Origin: Lama guanicoe
Taxonomy: Eukaryota
Direction: 5' to 3'
Assembly (NCBI GenBank): GCA_013239625.1
Contig: MU054323.1
Span: forward strand, 8,979,220 to 9,043,219
DNA: 64,000 bases
The first letter of the stretch is position 1. Every line of letters begins with the position of its first letter. This document shows positions 11,901-24,974 of this stretch, piece by piece. Below the pieces are notes generated by a model that did not search any database, had not been told where the DNA came from, and saw only the letters and a list, made by a program, of their open reading frames with translations. Position numbers and translations under genes: made by a program.

Positions 11901-14900
11901 CCGGATGATTTCCCAAGAGATTTGCAGTCTGTTTTTGCTTATATCTCATTTTTAATGCAGTATGTTTCTAAAACTATCAGTTTCCCTTGTGATCATTTGC
12001 AGCAGTGATATATTGCTGCTCCTACCAGTTAGCCTGAATATTGGACATTGAACAGAGCCTGGGGAATGTGGTAGGGACTTTAAGGACAATGGGAAGCAGT
12101 GGGACTTGGCATTGTGAAGAGTTTATTTCATTCTTGAATAACCGGATGTTAATGTTTTGTGGGATGAAATGTCTTTCAGAATGCATAAGTAAAAACTTCT
12201 TTAATGGATTGTCCTTTTTGACATAGGTATGTCTTGATTGACACACCTGGACAGATTGAAGTATTTACTTGGTCAGCTTCTGGGACAATCATCACCGAGG
12301 CCCTGGTGAGTATTCTAGACTTGTTACTGAGGGTAAGTAGAGAGCCAGACAGTAAAAGCGTCTTATGGCCTGGGGTCTTAAGTGGGCTAGAGTCACAGAG
12401 CTCTGTACACCTGCCTAAAGTGGTACACTGTCCTTGCGATGGAGGTGGAAAAGAGTTTGTGGACAGGTCAAGGACTCTCTGACTAACGCTTTGATTATTT
12501 TGTGGCTTTAGGCATCCTCATTCCCAACGATTGTCATTTATGTAATGGACACATCTCGAAGTACCAACCCAGTGACCTTCATGTCCAATATGCTCTATGC
12601 CTGCAGGTAATTCATTATTGTTGAACATAGTATTACATCAAAGTATCATGCTTCAGTCTTCACTTCTTCTTTTCCTTCATTTTTGAGTCCTGAGTGCTTA
12701 TGCCTAGATTTGTGCTCATTCACATTTGCCACTCACTTTACAGCTCCGGTCGGGGGAGGGACTCTGGGTTGAGAAGGGAAAAGAAGCACAGATGCCGTTG
12801 GCATTCTCTAACAGCGCCTTCTCCTCTTCCTTCCTTGCTGTTACAGAACAGGTGATAAATGAATATGAACCTTCTGGTAGTTGCCCCCAGTTGAATGAAA
12901 TCCAGTTCTAAATAGAATAGAGCCTCCTGGTCTAAATGCTTTTTTCCCCTGTGTTGTGATAGGCAGAGTGAAATTATAACATGAGGAGAGACTGGAATAA
13001 AAAGACTTGTCTGTAATCCTAAATGCACATGTTTCCCCAAGTGTGGTGCCGTTAGGAGAGGAAGGACCTGCGTGACTAGGCTATGTGAGTGCATTAGACC
13101 TAGGAGCAGGGCAGACCATTACTAACGCTGAATGTTATTTTGGGGGTATGCAAAAGCAATCACTCCAATTTGTCTCTTCTAATATGACTAGGGATGTCCC
13201 TTCCTGTTAGATACAAGAAGTCCTAGTCCAAATAGAAATCTGATGTTTGCTAGCATAATTTTATTGTCATGTTAATTGTTTGAAAGACAATTATTTGGTA
13301 AAAACAAGCCCACACACACAAAACCAGGATCAATACCAAAGCATTACTACTCCAAGAAAGAGAGAGGGAGTCTATGTATATTGCTTGCTGGATGGTGGTG
13401 ATGGTTTCCTGCTTGGGAGGGAAGAATGTGTGAGTGCTGTGTAAGAACGTATACTTGTATTTAGAGTCTGAACTCATCCCCCCTTTTATTACTCAGATCC
13501 ATCAGACTGATAACAGTCAAGCAAGAGTTTAAGTGCTTCTACTAATAATGCCTTGATGTTTGATTTTCAGCATCTTGTACAAAACCAAGCTGCCTTTTAT
13601 TGTGGTCATGAATAAAGTAAGTGGATTCTTCTTGTTGTGAGTGAATATTTCTTTTTCATCAGAACCTTGTATTATCAGAAATTTGGGTAAGTGAGAAGGA
13701 TTATTTCAGATGCTGGAGAGCAGATTCAAACTAGCCTGAAGCAAAGTCATGAGCACTTCTGGGAAATGGATTCAATCAGATTGAATGAATATTTTTCACT
13801 GATTCTTTTCCAAAGTTATTTTAGGCTAGATAGAGTAGCCCCTCCATCACAGTGTGTGAGTTATCCCTCAGAATCGGAACTGTGTAAATGGGGGAGAGAC
13901 TGCTAGTCTATTGGAAGTGGCAATTAAAACAAACAAAAACAAAACTCTGTTGTTGGTTGTCGGCTGGGATGCAAGAGACTATGTACTTGACTTTAGAGCC
14001 TGGAATGTGCTGGCCTCCACGGTGCCATAGTCACTTGGCAGTGGATAACGAAGGGTCTATTTTAACCTGGAATATACATATCTTCATTTAATTATTTATA
14101 CCGCACAGCAGTCTTGGCTCTTTGTGGCTTGTTGCAGTGGAGGAAGAAATGGGGGAAGCAGAGAAAGAAAATATATGAATGATTGCTTTTTGCTGTCACC
14201 ACTTAATTAAAAAAATTTTTTTTTGCTATTGGTTGATGTCTGACCTAATCTCTGATTGCTAATAGTTGACTTCTTTCTGGTACAGACTGACATCATTGAT
14301 CACAGCTTTGCAGTGGAATGGATGCAGGATTTTGAGGCTTTCCAAGATGCCTTGAATCAAGAAACTACATATGTCAGTAACCTGACTCGCTCGATGAGCC
14401 TGGTGTTAGATGAGTTTTACAGCTCACTCAGGGTAAACTTTCTCCCCTGCCCATGCTGATGGTCTACCCAGATAAACTCTTAATCCACAGGGCTGACTTT
14501 GAACACATTTTAGTAAGGAAGTCCATTACCTTCTGGGAAGTAATTTTTTAAGGCATTGCTTATTAAAAACTGGAGGTTTAAAAAATAAGTAAGATAGGGA
14601 TCCTGCCTCAGAGAGTTTATGGTCTAATTAGGAGAGAAGGCTAACACAGAGTTGAAACATGATATATTGTGGTAACTTATATTGTGGTATCTTAAGAAAG
14701 ATTGGAAGTTGGACCTGATGGTACTGAGGAGGTAGATCATTTTTGAAATGAGAATTGTGGAGGATGTAGCATTTAGAGGTATGCTTTGAAGGAAGGGTAA
14801 GATTTGTGTAAGCAAAAGTGGCTGTGCATGGCAGGGAGTATGTTAATTGCCCAAGCAAAGACATTGAGGTACTAATTTTTATAGAGAAGAGACTGTGGTT

Positions 14901-17900
14901 TGATTTGACAGGGAATAGATGAAAAGAACTGATACTTGTTTGGTCCTAATTATCTTTTTCAGTTCTCTATTTTCCATAGACTTGTCTTGTCTTTCCATAG
15001 ACTTCCATAGCATGTCTTGCTTTAGCTTCATTCTTTGCCAGAGACTTCTTAAAGTATCTAAACCTCTTTTATGAAGATTTTATTAAATTTGAGCCAAATA
15101 ATGTAAATCATTTAAAAATATATTGTTGTTTCCTTAGTGGCATTAATGATGCTTTTGGCAGGTGGTGGGTGTGTCTGCTGTTCTGGGTACAGGCTTAGAT
15201 GAACTCTTTGTGCAAGTTGCCAGTGCTGCAGAAGAATATGAAAGGTGAGGATAAAGGAACATTCTATTGATGACATTCTTAGTTACCCACAATTCTGGTA
15301 TGATAGCAGTTTTGCTAGCAAAACATTTTTTATGCGATGTACTGAATCTGACCACACTTACAGTTAACAAGTCCCTGTTAACTTTTTAAAAAGAACTGGA
15401 GTATAAAACCTTCACTGTATTAAATGACTAAAAGCAGGAGTCATCAGACATTTTTTGTTAAAAACCCACCAGATAGTAAATATTTTAGGCTTTGTGGGCC
15501 ATACTATCTGTCACAACTACTCAACTGTGTCATGGTTGTGCAGTAGCAGCTATAGGCAGTTCCTAATCAAATGGGCATGCTGTGGTCCAATAAAACTTTA
15601 TTTATAAAAATAGGCTGTGGACTGCATTTGGCCCCTTTGCTTCATTGGTTGATGCCCTGATAAAGAATATAGACTTTGGAATCAGATAGACGTGGGTTAG
15701 ATTTCTTTTTCTTCCACTTAATAAATGAGTAACCTTAGCAGGTTTTCATCATTTGTAAATGAGGGATAATAGCACTTATTGCTAAGGTCAATGTGAGGAT
15801 TATTTGAGGAAAAAAAAAAGCACCTAGCACAGTTGCTGACACAGAGTAAGCATTTTTCTTAATAAATGGTAGTTATAATTATTGTCATGGTTAATACTGG
15901 CATTCCATTTATTAAAGGAAGTTGGGGTCAGAGCACCTCTACACTATATGAAGCCTGACAATTAGCTGCTTTCTAGCAAGATCCTAAATAGCCCATTGTG
16001 CATTTCAGACACATTTTGATTTTATTCATCAGATGAGGTTTTTTTTTGTTGTTTTGTTTTGTTTTTTAATGTGTGTTATCAAAGCCTCAGGATAGACTAT
16101 TTTGTATCCTTTCATTATTGCCCAGATAAAGGACATAATTCTATATTGGGCTTCCTGAGCCCAACAGGCCTAGCTTCTTTTACTCATCATTGAAACGTCT
16201 TTTACTCATGTTTATCCAAATGAATGATGAATTCATCAGTCATGGTCTCTCCAGAGTTGATCTTTCCAGCTCAGCAGTCAGTCTTTTGTCTCTTTGCTGG
16301 TTTCAGGGTAGTGGGCAGGCACCTTGGCTTTTAATTCCTTAGGGACAGAATCTCAGTGACTAAGATTTGTTACATCTGATGTTTGGTGACATAAGATCAT
16401 TTGCTATTATCAAAGTACCCGGGAGGGTGCAGGATAGATTATTAATCAAAGATTTAGAAATTGTTTCTCTTTCCAGAGAGTATCGTCCTGAATATGAACG
16501 TCTGAAGAAATCACTGGTAAGAGAGGAGCTGTTTGTATATTTTAGGGCCACTAAAAAAACAACCTCAAACTATATACTAATACTTTTGCCATCAGTGCTT
16601 TTGGCTCTCACTGTATCTTTTAGGTACTTGTTAATTTAAATCTGTACATATGTATGTATGCTATTTGGATGAAGAAAGTCCCCTTAGTTTTCTTCTCTAT
16701 ATTTGAAGAAATAAAAATCAGATTTTTCCTGCTACATATATTGAGTCCTTCTTGTGCCACGCCTTCACCCCTACTCCGAAGTCCATTTAAAGGCTAGTCG
16801 TAGAGTTTTGTTAAAGAATAGAGAGGCAGTTCACAACTCCTATCCCAGATGATCAGGTGTCCTGCCCCCTTTGGCTACATTGGGCCCCTTATCACTGAGC
16901 CTTCCTGCTATGTCTACTTGAGGGTTCTTTTGTTGTTCTTGTGTCTAATTTCTGGCCCTCTAATGCCATCTGCAGAGCTCTCCCGAGTGAACTTTTGCTG
17001 TCTGCGCCCACACTGCTCAGTGTTTCTGTCCCCATATCAGCCATCCCTTATCTGCCACAATGTTTAAGTAGCCTCTAGTATGTGTATAATTTATCATCTC
17101 CAGTTAGAAGTTTAGCATCTACCTTGGGCCTCCTTTTTTAACATGATGACATTTTTCTCTATGCATATAGGCCTGTGCACAGAGCCAGCAGCAGGAAGAA
17201 CAGCTGGAACGCCTTCGGAAAGATATGGGCTCTGTAGCCTTGGACACAGGGACTGCTGCAGGTACTGCAGGGTCTCTTGGTGTTATGAACCAAAGAGGGG
17301 TGCACTTACTTCCACCTAGTAGGTGGCTATTTATATTTAAGAGGAAGAGAATAGGATAAAGTAAATGTAGTATTTTATATCTGTCTATATTGATTGATCT
17401 AGGTAAATCCTAGATCTGCACTGAGTTGTCTCTTGAGTCTCCTTCAATTGTGAATGGATCCTTTGTATTTTGTGACATTGATATTTTTGAAGTGTGCAGG
17501 ACTTATATACCTTTTATAGAATGTTCCTCAATTTGAGTTTGATATTTCCTCATGATTCAGTTCAGGTGGCTCATTTTTAGCAGAACTTAACAGATGTGAA
17601 ATTGTGTTTTTTCCATGTATCATATGAGGCTCACGATCCTGATTTATCCTTGATGACTTAAATTGGTGTCTGCCAGGTTTTTTTTACCTTCATAGTAATT
17701 TTTTTGTGGGGTGATGCTTTGATTAGATAAATGTCTTTTTCATTTTCAAATGTTCACCTGCTAGTTTTACTATCCATTAATCTAGGCAGGGATAGTCTCC
17801 ATCTTTCTGTGACACGTGTTGCAGGTATTTTCTCCTTGTTTGTCCATTGCCCTTTGACTTTGTTCATGGCGTTCCTTTGCCATGCAGAAGTTTTTATTCT

Positions 17901-20900
17901 GTTTTGTTTTAATGTAGTCAGATTTGTCTTTTATTGTACCTGGTTTTGAGTCAGACTTGGGACTCTTTTACCTACACCTGTGTAAAATAAAGAGGCATTC
18001 ACTCATGTTTTATTGTAGTACTTAAATGGTTTTATTTTCTACATCTGGATTCCTTCCTGATCCATTTAGAGTTTATTCCTGGGTATGGTGTGAGGTATAG
18101 GTCTAAGTTACCTTTTTCATAAATAGTTGTACCCACACAATTTATTGAAAAGCCTACCTCTGTCCCATTGATGAGATGCTACCTGTATCATATACCAAAG
18201 TTTCATATGTACTTGGGTATATTTCTGAATTATGTCATTTTATTCTTCTAGACTGTGTGCCTGTACTGTGCTGCCTTAATTATACAGAGGCTTTATAGTA
18301 TGTTTTAATATCTGCTAGGGGTAGTGCCCCTCAAAGTTACCATTTTTAGTGTTTCCTTGACTATTCTTGCACCTTTAGTATCAACTTATGTAGCTCTTTG
18401 GTATTTTTATTGGGATTGTGTTATATTAATTAATTAATTAATTATCTGACATCTCTGTGGTATTGACTCTTCCTGTTTAAGGACAAGGAATGTGTCTGTA
18501 CTTACCAAGTCTACTTTTGTGTCTTTCAGGAGTGTTTTCCTCATGTAGGTTTGAGTTAAATGTGTTAAATTTATTCCAGTGATTTTGTCTTCTTTGTTAT
18601 AAGTGTTGAAAATGGGATTTTTCTTCTAACTGGTTATGTTTGTGTATGTGAAGACTTTTCATTTCTGTATATTAGTCTTTCTATTCTGCTACTTTACTTT
18701 TTTTTTTTTTTAACTATTTGAGTTAGTTTTGTCATTGATTCTCTAGGGGTTCCTAGGTTGGTGCTCAAATTTAAGTATATACATGCCCTCCTGCCCTCAG
18801 CCCATCATTGGTTGACTGGCTTTTAAAGAAGTGAAGTTCTATTCATGACCACTGTTGCTATATGCCTAGTAGAGAATAGCAAAGCTGCTTGGAGGAGGAG
18901 GTGCTGGAACCTGGCTGGGTTTACTGGTTGAGTGGGTTGCCTGTGCCATCCTTGTTTTCCTCCTCAGCAACATAAATTTCTGTGTACTGTGGTCCTTTGG
19001 AATCATTCATGACTACATGAAATGGCAAATGTTAAATCTGCTGCAAAGGGTCCACTGTACTCAGATAACCTGGTAAAGGTTAGGGGAGTTTCCGTAAATC
19101 TTTTGTGGAAAATCACAAGTCCAGCTGTATAATTCTTATTTGGGCAGAGAATGAAGCATTGACTGTGAGCACATGACTGCATCATCCTTTTTCAAGACCA
19201 CTGGCCCCTTGAGATTTGTGCCTCTTGATGTTGCTGCTGTTGGCCACCCTTGTTTCCCAGCTGAGCTCTCTTAACCTTTTAGGCTCCTGAAGAGGGAGTT
19301 GAGTGGTCATGACCTTCCATGATTTGGTTTTAGGTTCTCATAGAGACCAATCCCCGCAGGCTGAATCCCTAGCCTCAGAATTACTTGATTAGACTTCCTC
19401 CTCATAATTGGAGTTCAGCACTTATTCCTTTTCCCTGGATGGGGAACTCGACTCTATTAGTATATTCCATTTTTCGTTGATTCCTCTTTTTCTTGAATAA
19501 TACCCTGGCTCCTTTACTGTCTATCATTTCACCCTGTTTTCTCTTCAGACCCTCTCTGAACTTCAGTTTCCACCAAGAAGCTTCCTTAACACTCAACACT
19601 TTTACCCTTGACTCATCGGCACACTGGATCTGCTCAAATGTCTTTAGCCATCATAGGAAAAACCATAGCCTCTTCCAAGCTGTGAGCTAGTAAAACCAAT
19701 GACATTACTACTCAGACATGCTACTTGAGAATTATTTTCCTTAGCTTAAAAATGAGACCTCTTGGGCTTTTTGCATTACGAAGGCACTGTGTAAAATAAA
19801 CTAGTGTAGAAATGTTAAGTGGTATTAACAGTACATTTAGACAAGATAAGATCCTGCATTATATCATGACCACTTTCATCCTGCCATTTTTTAATCATAG
19901 TTATTTATTGATTCAAAATCACTCTTTTGAGGAGGTCTGTGTTCATGACATGCTGCTGATACGTGTTTTCACTGTAGGCAGTTCATCTCCTGTGCTGGAC
20001 CCTTCTGACTTGATCCTGACTCGGGGAACCTTGGATGAAGAGGATGAGGAAGCAGACAGTGATACTGATGATATTGACCACAGAGGTGAGAAGGGGCTGA
20101 GGTGGCCATGAAAACAGAACAGCTGTGGGGAGAGTATAGCTCAATTGATAGAATGCCTGCTTAGCATGCATGAGGTCCTGGGTTCAATCCCCAGTACCTC
20201 CAGTAAAAACAAAAAATATGTAAATAAACCTAATTACCTACCCCTCAAACAACAACAACCAAAAACCCAATAAACCTAAAGTTTAAAAAAAATTATTTAA
20301 AAAGAATCATAAAAAAAACAGAAAACAGAACAGCTGCTTATCCTCTCATTGTTTGCTCAGGAGCTTCCTGTTGTTGAGAGAAGACCTTAAGCATGCAGCC
20401 AATAATAGGGGAGAGAGGAAATGATAAAGGATGCAGCACCAGGAAAGAGTTCCTGGCCTTCCTGCTGAATGGTTAATACTGAGTTTGATTACAAGCCTTT
20501 TGTGAGTCCTGTGTCTTCCCATCTTTAGGTGCTAACTCAATCTGAGGAATCTAGGATTGTTTATTGTAATCATTGCTTTAAGAATACATAAAAAGGCCTC
20601 AGCAGATCTAAACCAGTTAGAAAGGACTGTGACGTTGTGGATAAAATGGCTCTGGAAACCCAAAAGGCTTCCACATGGCATAGTTTCATGGACTGTAGAC
20701 AGAATCTATTTCTTGAAACAACCCTTTTAGGTCCTAGCTATGCCCAAAAGCAAAACTCCCTTCTAGGGTGCTGGGTGCTAAGATGTAAATTGTCTCATTG
20801 AATAAGATTTATTGAGTGGGGGGAGGGTGTGGCTTAGTGGCAGAGTACATACCTAGTATGCACAAGGTCCTTGGTTCAATCCTCAGTACCTCCATCAAAT

Positions 20901-21980
20901 AAATAAACCTAATAACCCCCCTGCCCCTCCCCCCAAAAAAAAGAAAAAAAAGAGATTTATTGAGGTATAATTTACAAACAATAACTCCTACCCTTTTAAA
21001 GTGTATAGTTTGATTAATTTTAATATAGCTATATGGTCTTTAATCTCCATCATAATCAAGAAACAGAACACTTCTATTACCCTAAAACTTAGTTCATGCC
21101 TGTTTTTATTCAGTCCCTTCCCCCACAGTAATTCCTAACAACCACTAATCTGATTTTTGTTCCTATAATTTAATTGGAATCACAGTATTTAACTTGTATT
21201 TGGCTTTTTTCACTCAGTGTAATGTTCCTGTGATCCATCCATGTTATTGCATGTATCAGTAACATGTTTTTTTTATTGCTGAGTAATATTCTATTATGGA
21301 ATACCTTTGTTTATCCATTCACCAACTGATTGACATTTGGGTTGTTTCCAAGTTTTAGCTATTGTAAATAAAGCTGCTATAAACATTTCATAGGCCTTTG
21401 CGTGGAATAGGTTTTCATTTCTCTTGGTTAAAAATATGTAGGAGTGGGATCTCATTTTAGTTACTTAACAAAGGAGGTATTCTCCCCACTTAAAGGTCAA
21501 AGAAATTGTACATTTTGGGCAACATGATAAATAGAGCATGCTTCTGGAAGATATTTCCTTATTGGGAGAAGTGAACATGTAGTGTCTTAGAGTACAGTTG
21601 ACCCTTGAGCAGCCCAGGGTTTAGGGCTGCCCACCCTCTTCACAGTTGAAAATCTCTGTAAACGGACTTATAGTTGGCCCTCTGTGGTTCCGCACTGTGG
21701 AGTCCACCAACTGCGGATCGTGTCGTACTGTATTTACTATTAATATTTACTGTTGAAAAAAATCTGTCTATAAGTGGACCCATGTAGTTCAAACCTGAGT
21801 TGTTCAACTGTACTATTTCTGATGATTGGGTGATAGCTGCTCTAATCTGCCTAATAGGGAGAGTTTAAAAAGAATTGACCTTTTTTCCTTACAGTTACAG
21901 AGGAAAGCCGTGAAGAGCCAGCATTCCAGAACTTTATGCAAGAATCAATGGCACAGTACTGGAAGAGAAACAACAAATAG
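5570..21980 (+). CDS. GPN1: GPN-loop GTPase 1 (XAB1/RPAP4), 374 aa, 14 coding exons
   Basis: Exons 5570-5680, 6371-6464, 7657-7696, 8449-8515, 9224-9261, 12227-12305, 12512-12606, 13571-13616, 14286-14432, 15162-15244, 16477-16516, 17171-17261, 19978-20085, 21895-21980 (1125 nt, all GT-AG, phases consistent). P-loop [16 protein letters not shown] loop GLGPNGG, DTPGQ, NKTD and an acidic C-tail. Confidence 0.97.
7697..8448 (+). other. GPN1: U12-type (minor spliceosome) GT-AG intron 3 of GPN1
   Basis: 5' splice site GTATCCTTTT; branch point TCCTTAAC at 8430-8437, 11 nt before the exon start; no polypyrimidine tract. Confidence 0.9.
9965..11890 (-). mobile_element. Nested L1 fragments (L1MA/L1MB-like 3' regions) in GPN1 intron 5
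   Basis: Antisense ORF2-like peptides ([34 protein letters not shown]) and typical L1 3'UTR motifs. Confidence 0.85.
15434..15660. mobile_element. MER58A-like hAT-Charlie MITE, followed by a MIR remnant (~15665-15880)
   Basis: CAGATAGTAAATATTTTAGGCTTTGTGGGCCAT...CAATAAAACTTTATTTATAAAAA motif. Confidence 0.7.
17400..18760 (-). mobile_element. Old L1M fragments in GPN1 intron 12
   Basis: Antisense L1 ORF2-like motifs (TATGGTGTGAGGTATAGG, ATTTATTGAAAAG, TTGGTATTTTTATTGGGATTG). Confidence 0.65.
20127..20320 (+). mobile_element. tRNA(Ala)-derived SINE (camelid Vic-1-like)
   Basis: GGGGAGAGTATAGCTCAA (A box)...GGTTCAATCCC (B box), A-rich tail, perfect 16-bp TSD GAAAACAGAACAGCTG (20110-20125, 20321-20336). 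Confidence 0.85.
20818..20952 (+). mobile_element. tRNA(Ala)-derived SINE (same family)
   Basis: A/B boxes, AAATAAATAAACCTAAT core, A tail, TSD AGATTTATTGAG (20805-20816, 20953-20964). Confidence 0.85.
20965..21452 (-). mobile_element. L1MB-like 3' end
   Basis: TTTATTGAGGTATAATTTACA...TTTATCCATTCACC...GACATTTGGGTTGTTTCC motifs. Confidence 0.7.
21595..21810. mobile_element. Tigger2-family MITE (Tc1/mariner-pogo)
   Basis: TA|CAGTTGACCCTTGA...TGTTCAACTG|TA terminal inverted repeats with TA target duplication. Confidence 0.75.
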
Positions 21981-22937
21981 TTTCTAGCTGAAGTCCAAAA
22001 TTTTGGAACTCTGTGTGAAGGAACTGTCCTTATTTCTGATTGGGGGCTACTGTAATGGACAATTTTGTTCAGAGTAGTAGTTTCTCTTATTAGTAAAATC
22101 TCCTGTCTCAGATGAAGCCAGGGATAGGATACCTTTGGACCTCATGGGTAGATGCTGATTCCCCTTGGCCTTTCCCTTGGATTTATGCAAGGAAGGATAT
22201 TCTGTTTTTGGATGAGGATGTCCCTTCAAACCTAAAACTGCCAAGTTTTTTCATTTGAGCTCACATACTTTTGCTGCTGATAGTGGAGCAGACAGAGAAC
22301 TTAGTTCACTTCAGATCTCTTCTATTAGGCTAGATCTGTAGCTTCCACTTCCTCAGCATCTTGCCCTTGAACCTACACCATGAGTTCCTGTCCTTTTAGC
22401 AGAAAGGGAGATGGAAACAGGAGCTTGTCCAGAGCAGCAGTGGAGTCTCCTTGGCAACCAATCAACATTGGTATGAAATGTACCTCACACTGGGTAGCTC
22501 ATTATAGAACACCAGGTTCATTGAGGAAAGTACATAATTAATGAATAAGAATTTTACTTTTGATGGTGACTTGGATAAAGAGTTTTTAATTTTAACTTTG
22601 TTGTAAGCCTGTCTGTCATAATTTCAAATAAGAAAATTATCACAAATAATCACTTCTGTTCAAAAGAGAGGTTTAAAGCCTCTATAAAGATGTTTACTGA
22701 AGTTTTGTGTACACACACCTAGTAACCAGGTACAAAGCCAGGCCCTGTTTGTATTGTTCTTTGAACTTAATGCAGAGTATCCTTAGTGATTTATTCAAAG
22801 CCCATGATTTGGTCAGGTGCACATTCCATACCTAACAGCCATGGTAAGTGTTTGCTCTGCCTCCATGTTCTCAGTATCTTAAAACATAATACATTTCTCT
22901 TAAGGAATTTTATCCCTGCCTAATCTTTATTCCAATT

Positions 22938-23110
22938 TAGTGTTCCTCAAAATGTGGTCTCTGGACCAGAAGCATCAGCATCACCTGGGAAATTACTAGA
23001 AATGGGATACTCTAGACCTGAGTCACAAACTGTGGGGGTGGAGTCCAGTAGTCTAGTATAATAAGGCCTCCAGGGGATTCTGATGCATGCTATACTTGAG
23101 ACCACTCTCT
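22938..23110. mobile_element. MER5A-like element (another copy at ~32615-32772)
   Basis: CTCAAAATGTGGTC..CAGCATCACCTGGGAA..GATTCTGATGCA..TTGAGACCACT. Confidence 0.7.
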
Positions 23111-24974
23111 AACTCAAATAGCCTGTGACGTAATTCCAGGCCAGGTGAATCTCAGGTATGAAAGCTCACATGACCTGCTTTATCAGAGTACCCCAACCTT
23201 GACCATCTGGTGCCTATTCTTTAATTTAAACATTCTAAAAATAAACAAGTGTTTTACCATGAAGTATTAATTTCAATATTCTTTGAGTATTGGGAACCAC
23301 TGGTCTAAAAACTTGAACCTGTTCTTTAAGAGGAAACCATTTGCATAGCAAAACTCTGAACATAGCTGTTTTTTCCCCTTAGTGCCTTTGAATACTTTTT
23401 CCTTAAAGAGTAACTTGTCCAGCCTGTTGTATAAGCTCCATAAGGGCAGTTACAAAGTCTTACTCATCTTTGTATTCCTTGTACAGGACCTAGTACATAA
23501 TAGGTCCTCAATAAATGTTTGCTAACTGAATGGATTAAATACTAGGTGTCTCATGGTGGAAACTGATTGCCTGATGTCTACTCTCATAAATAAATAAGGG
23601 AAAATGAAGCTAAGCCTGGAATAGGAAGGATTTAGGTAAGGGTGCTAAGGATGTACAATTAGCAAGTTTATAAATGATCCGGTAACAGTTTAGAACCTCA
23701 TTTTGTTGCTACTGCATTTATCTTTATTTTCAATGCCTGGAACATTTAAGGCATTCAACAATGTGGGCCTTGATGTGTGGTCTACTAAGGGAGTGTTCTA
23801 AGTTTCACAAGACTTGTATTCTGCACCCCCAAACCAAACTTCAGCAGTATTTATCATGCCCACATTTGCTAATTACTCCTAATTATTCCAGTAGCTGTAT
23901 CATTTATTTAATAAATACTGATTGAGTCTATCAGATGCCAAGCAGGGCAGATACTGTGATAGGTGAGTAACAACAGTAAAGTTGTTCAGGACAAGATGTA
24001 AAATAGAAAGGTGCCTATTTTTATCCTTTTAGCGGCTGCTCATCCAGTAAGAGCACAATGTGCAGATACAGAATTGTAGCAAAGGTCCTCTGATGGCCAA
24101 GCAAATGCAACAAATGAAATAGGCACAAGCCCGTCCTTGGACAGGTCCTGTTAGCCTCGTTCACAGGTCCTGTTAGCCTCGTTCACAAGGGAGAAAATGA
24201 AAGCAACTGAAAAATGTGCATGGTGAAAATATAAAAAAAGTATGTGAGTGGAAATAATGTAAAGACAAAAGGATGGGGATACAAGGGATAAGTCTAGAGA
24301 AAGAAGAAGGAAATATGTGGCAGAGACAGGGTAGTACTATCTGAATAAGCAAAAAGGCTGTTTACCACAGACCACTCTGATTTTATGAGACTTCATGGGC
24401 AGCGAGGACAGTTTAAAAAAAGACTACTAATATTTAAGTTGTGCAGTGTTCAGCTATTTCCTATCAGGTATTAGCACTGGACTCCCAATGACTTGAACCA
24501 AAAATGAAGCACGTTAAAAGGAAAAACTGACATCTGGTATCATCATATATTGATTTGTGAGCCTGTTTAAGCACAGCTTTGAGACTTAATAACATCTCAG
24601 TCTTCATAACATCCCTGCAAGGGAGGTCAAAGCAGTATGATTCTTCTCAGTTGTGTGAGAGAAATGGCTCTGGAGAAGCTAAGTCACTTGTCTAGTCACA
24701 CAGTAAAGACAAGAGTCAGGGACAGTGCTTTGGTCTCTGGATTACCACCCCCAGTGTCGTGATGTCTGTGAAAGGTGGCTTGGTTGTTGTGGAAAACTAT
24801 AAAAACTGGATGCAAAAGGAAAATACAAACTTGTTTGCTTAAATCCAGTTCCACCGAAATCAGAAAAATCCACTGTGTTTAAGAGTAAGAGTCAAATCAC
24901 TGTTCATGGAAACAGTTGAATACATTTTCTGCTAGGTCTTGTAGGTCTGGACAGAAAATCTCCCCCTTTGCCTT

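Noticed and set aside
16517..17170. Intronic H/ACA snoRNA (SNORA36-like) that I recall being annotated in human GPN1
   Set aside because: No recognisable match here; an Infernal/Rfam scan would be needed to exclude it formally
20127..20202. tRNA-Ala gene-like sequence (also 20818-20893 and 37320-37397)
   Set aside because: Followed by a SINE core and A-rich tail and flanked by TSDs; these are SINE heads, not tRNA genes
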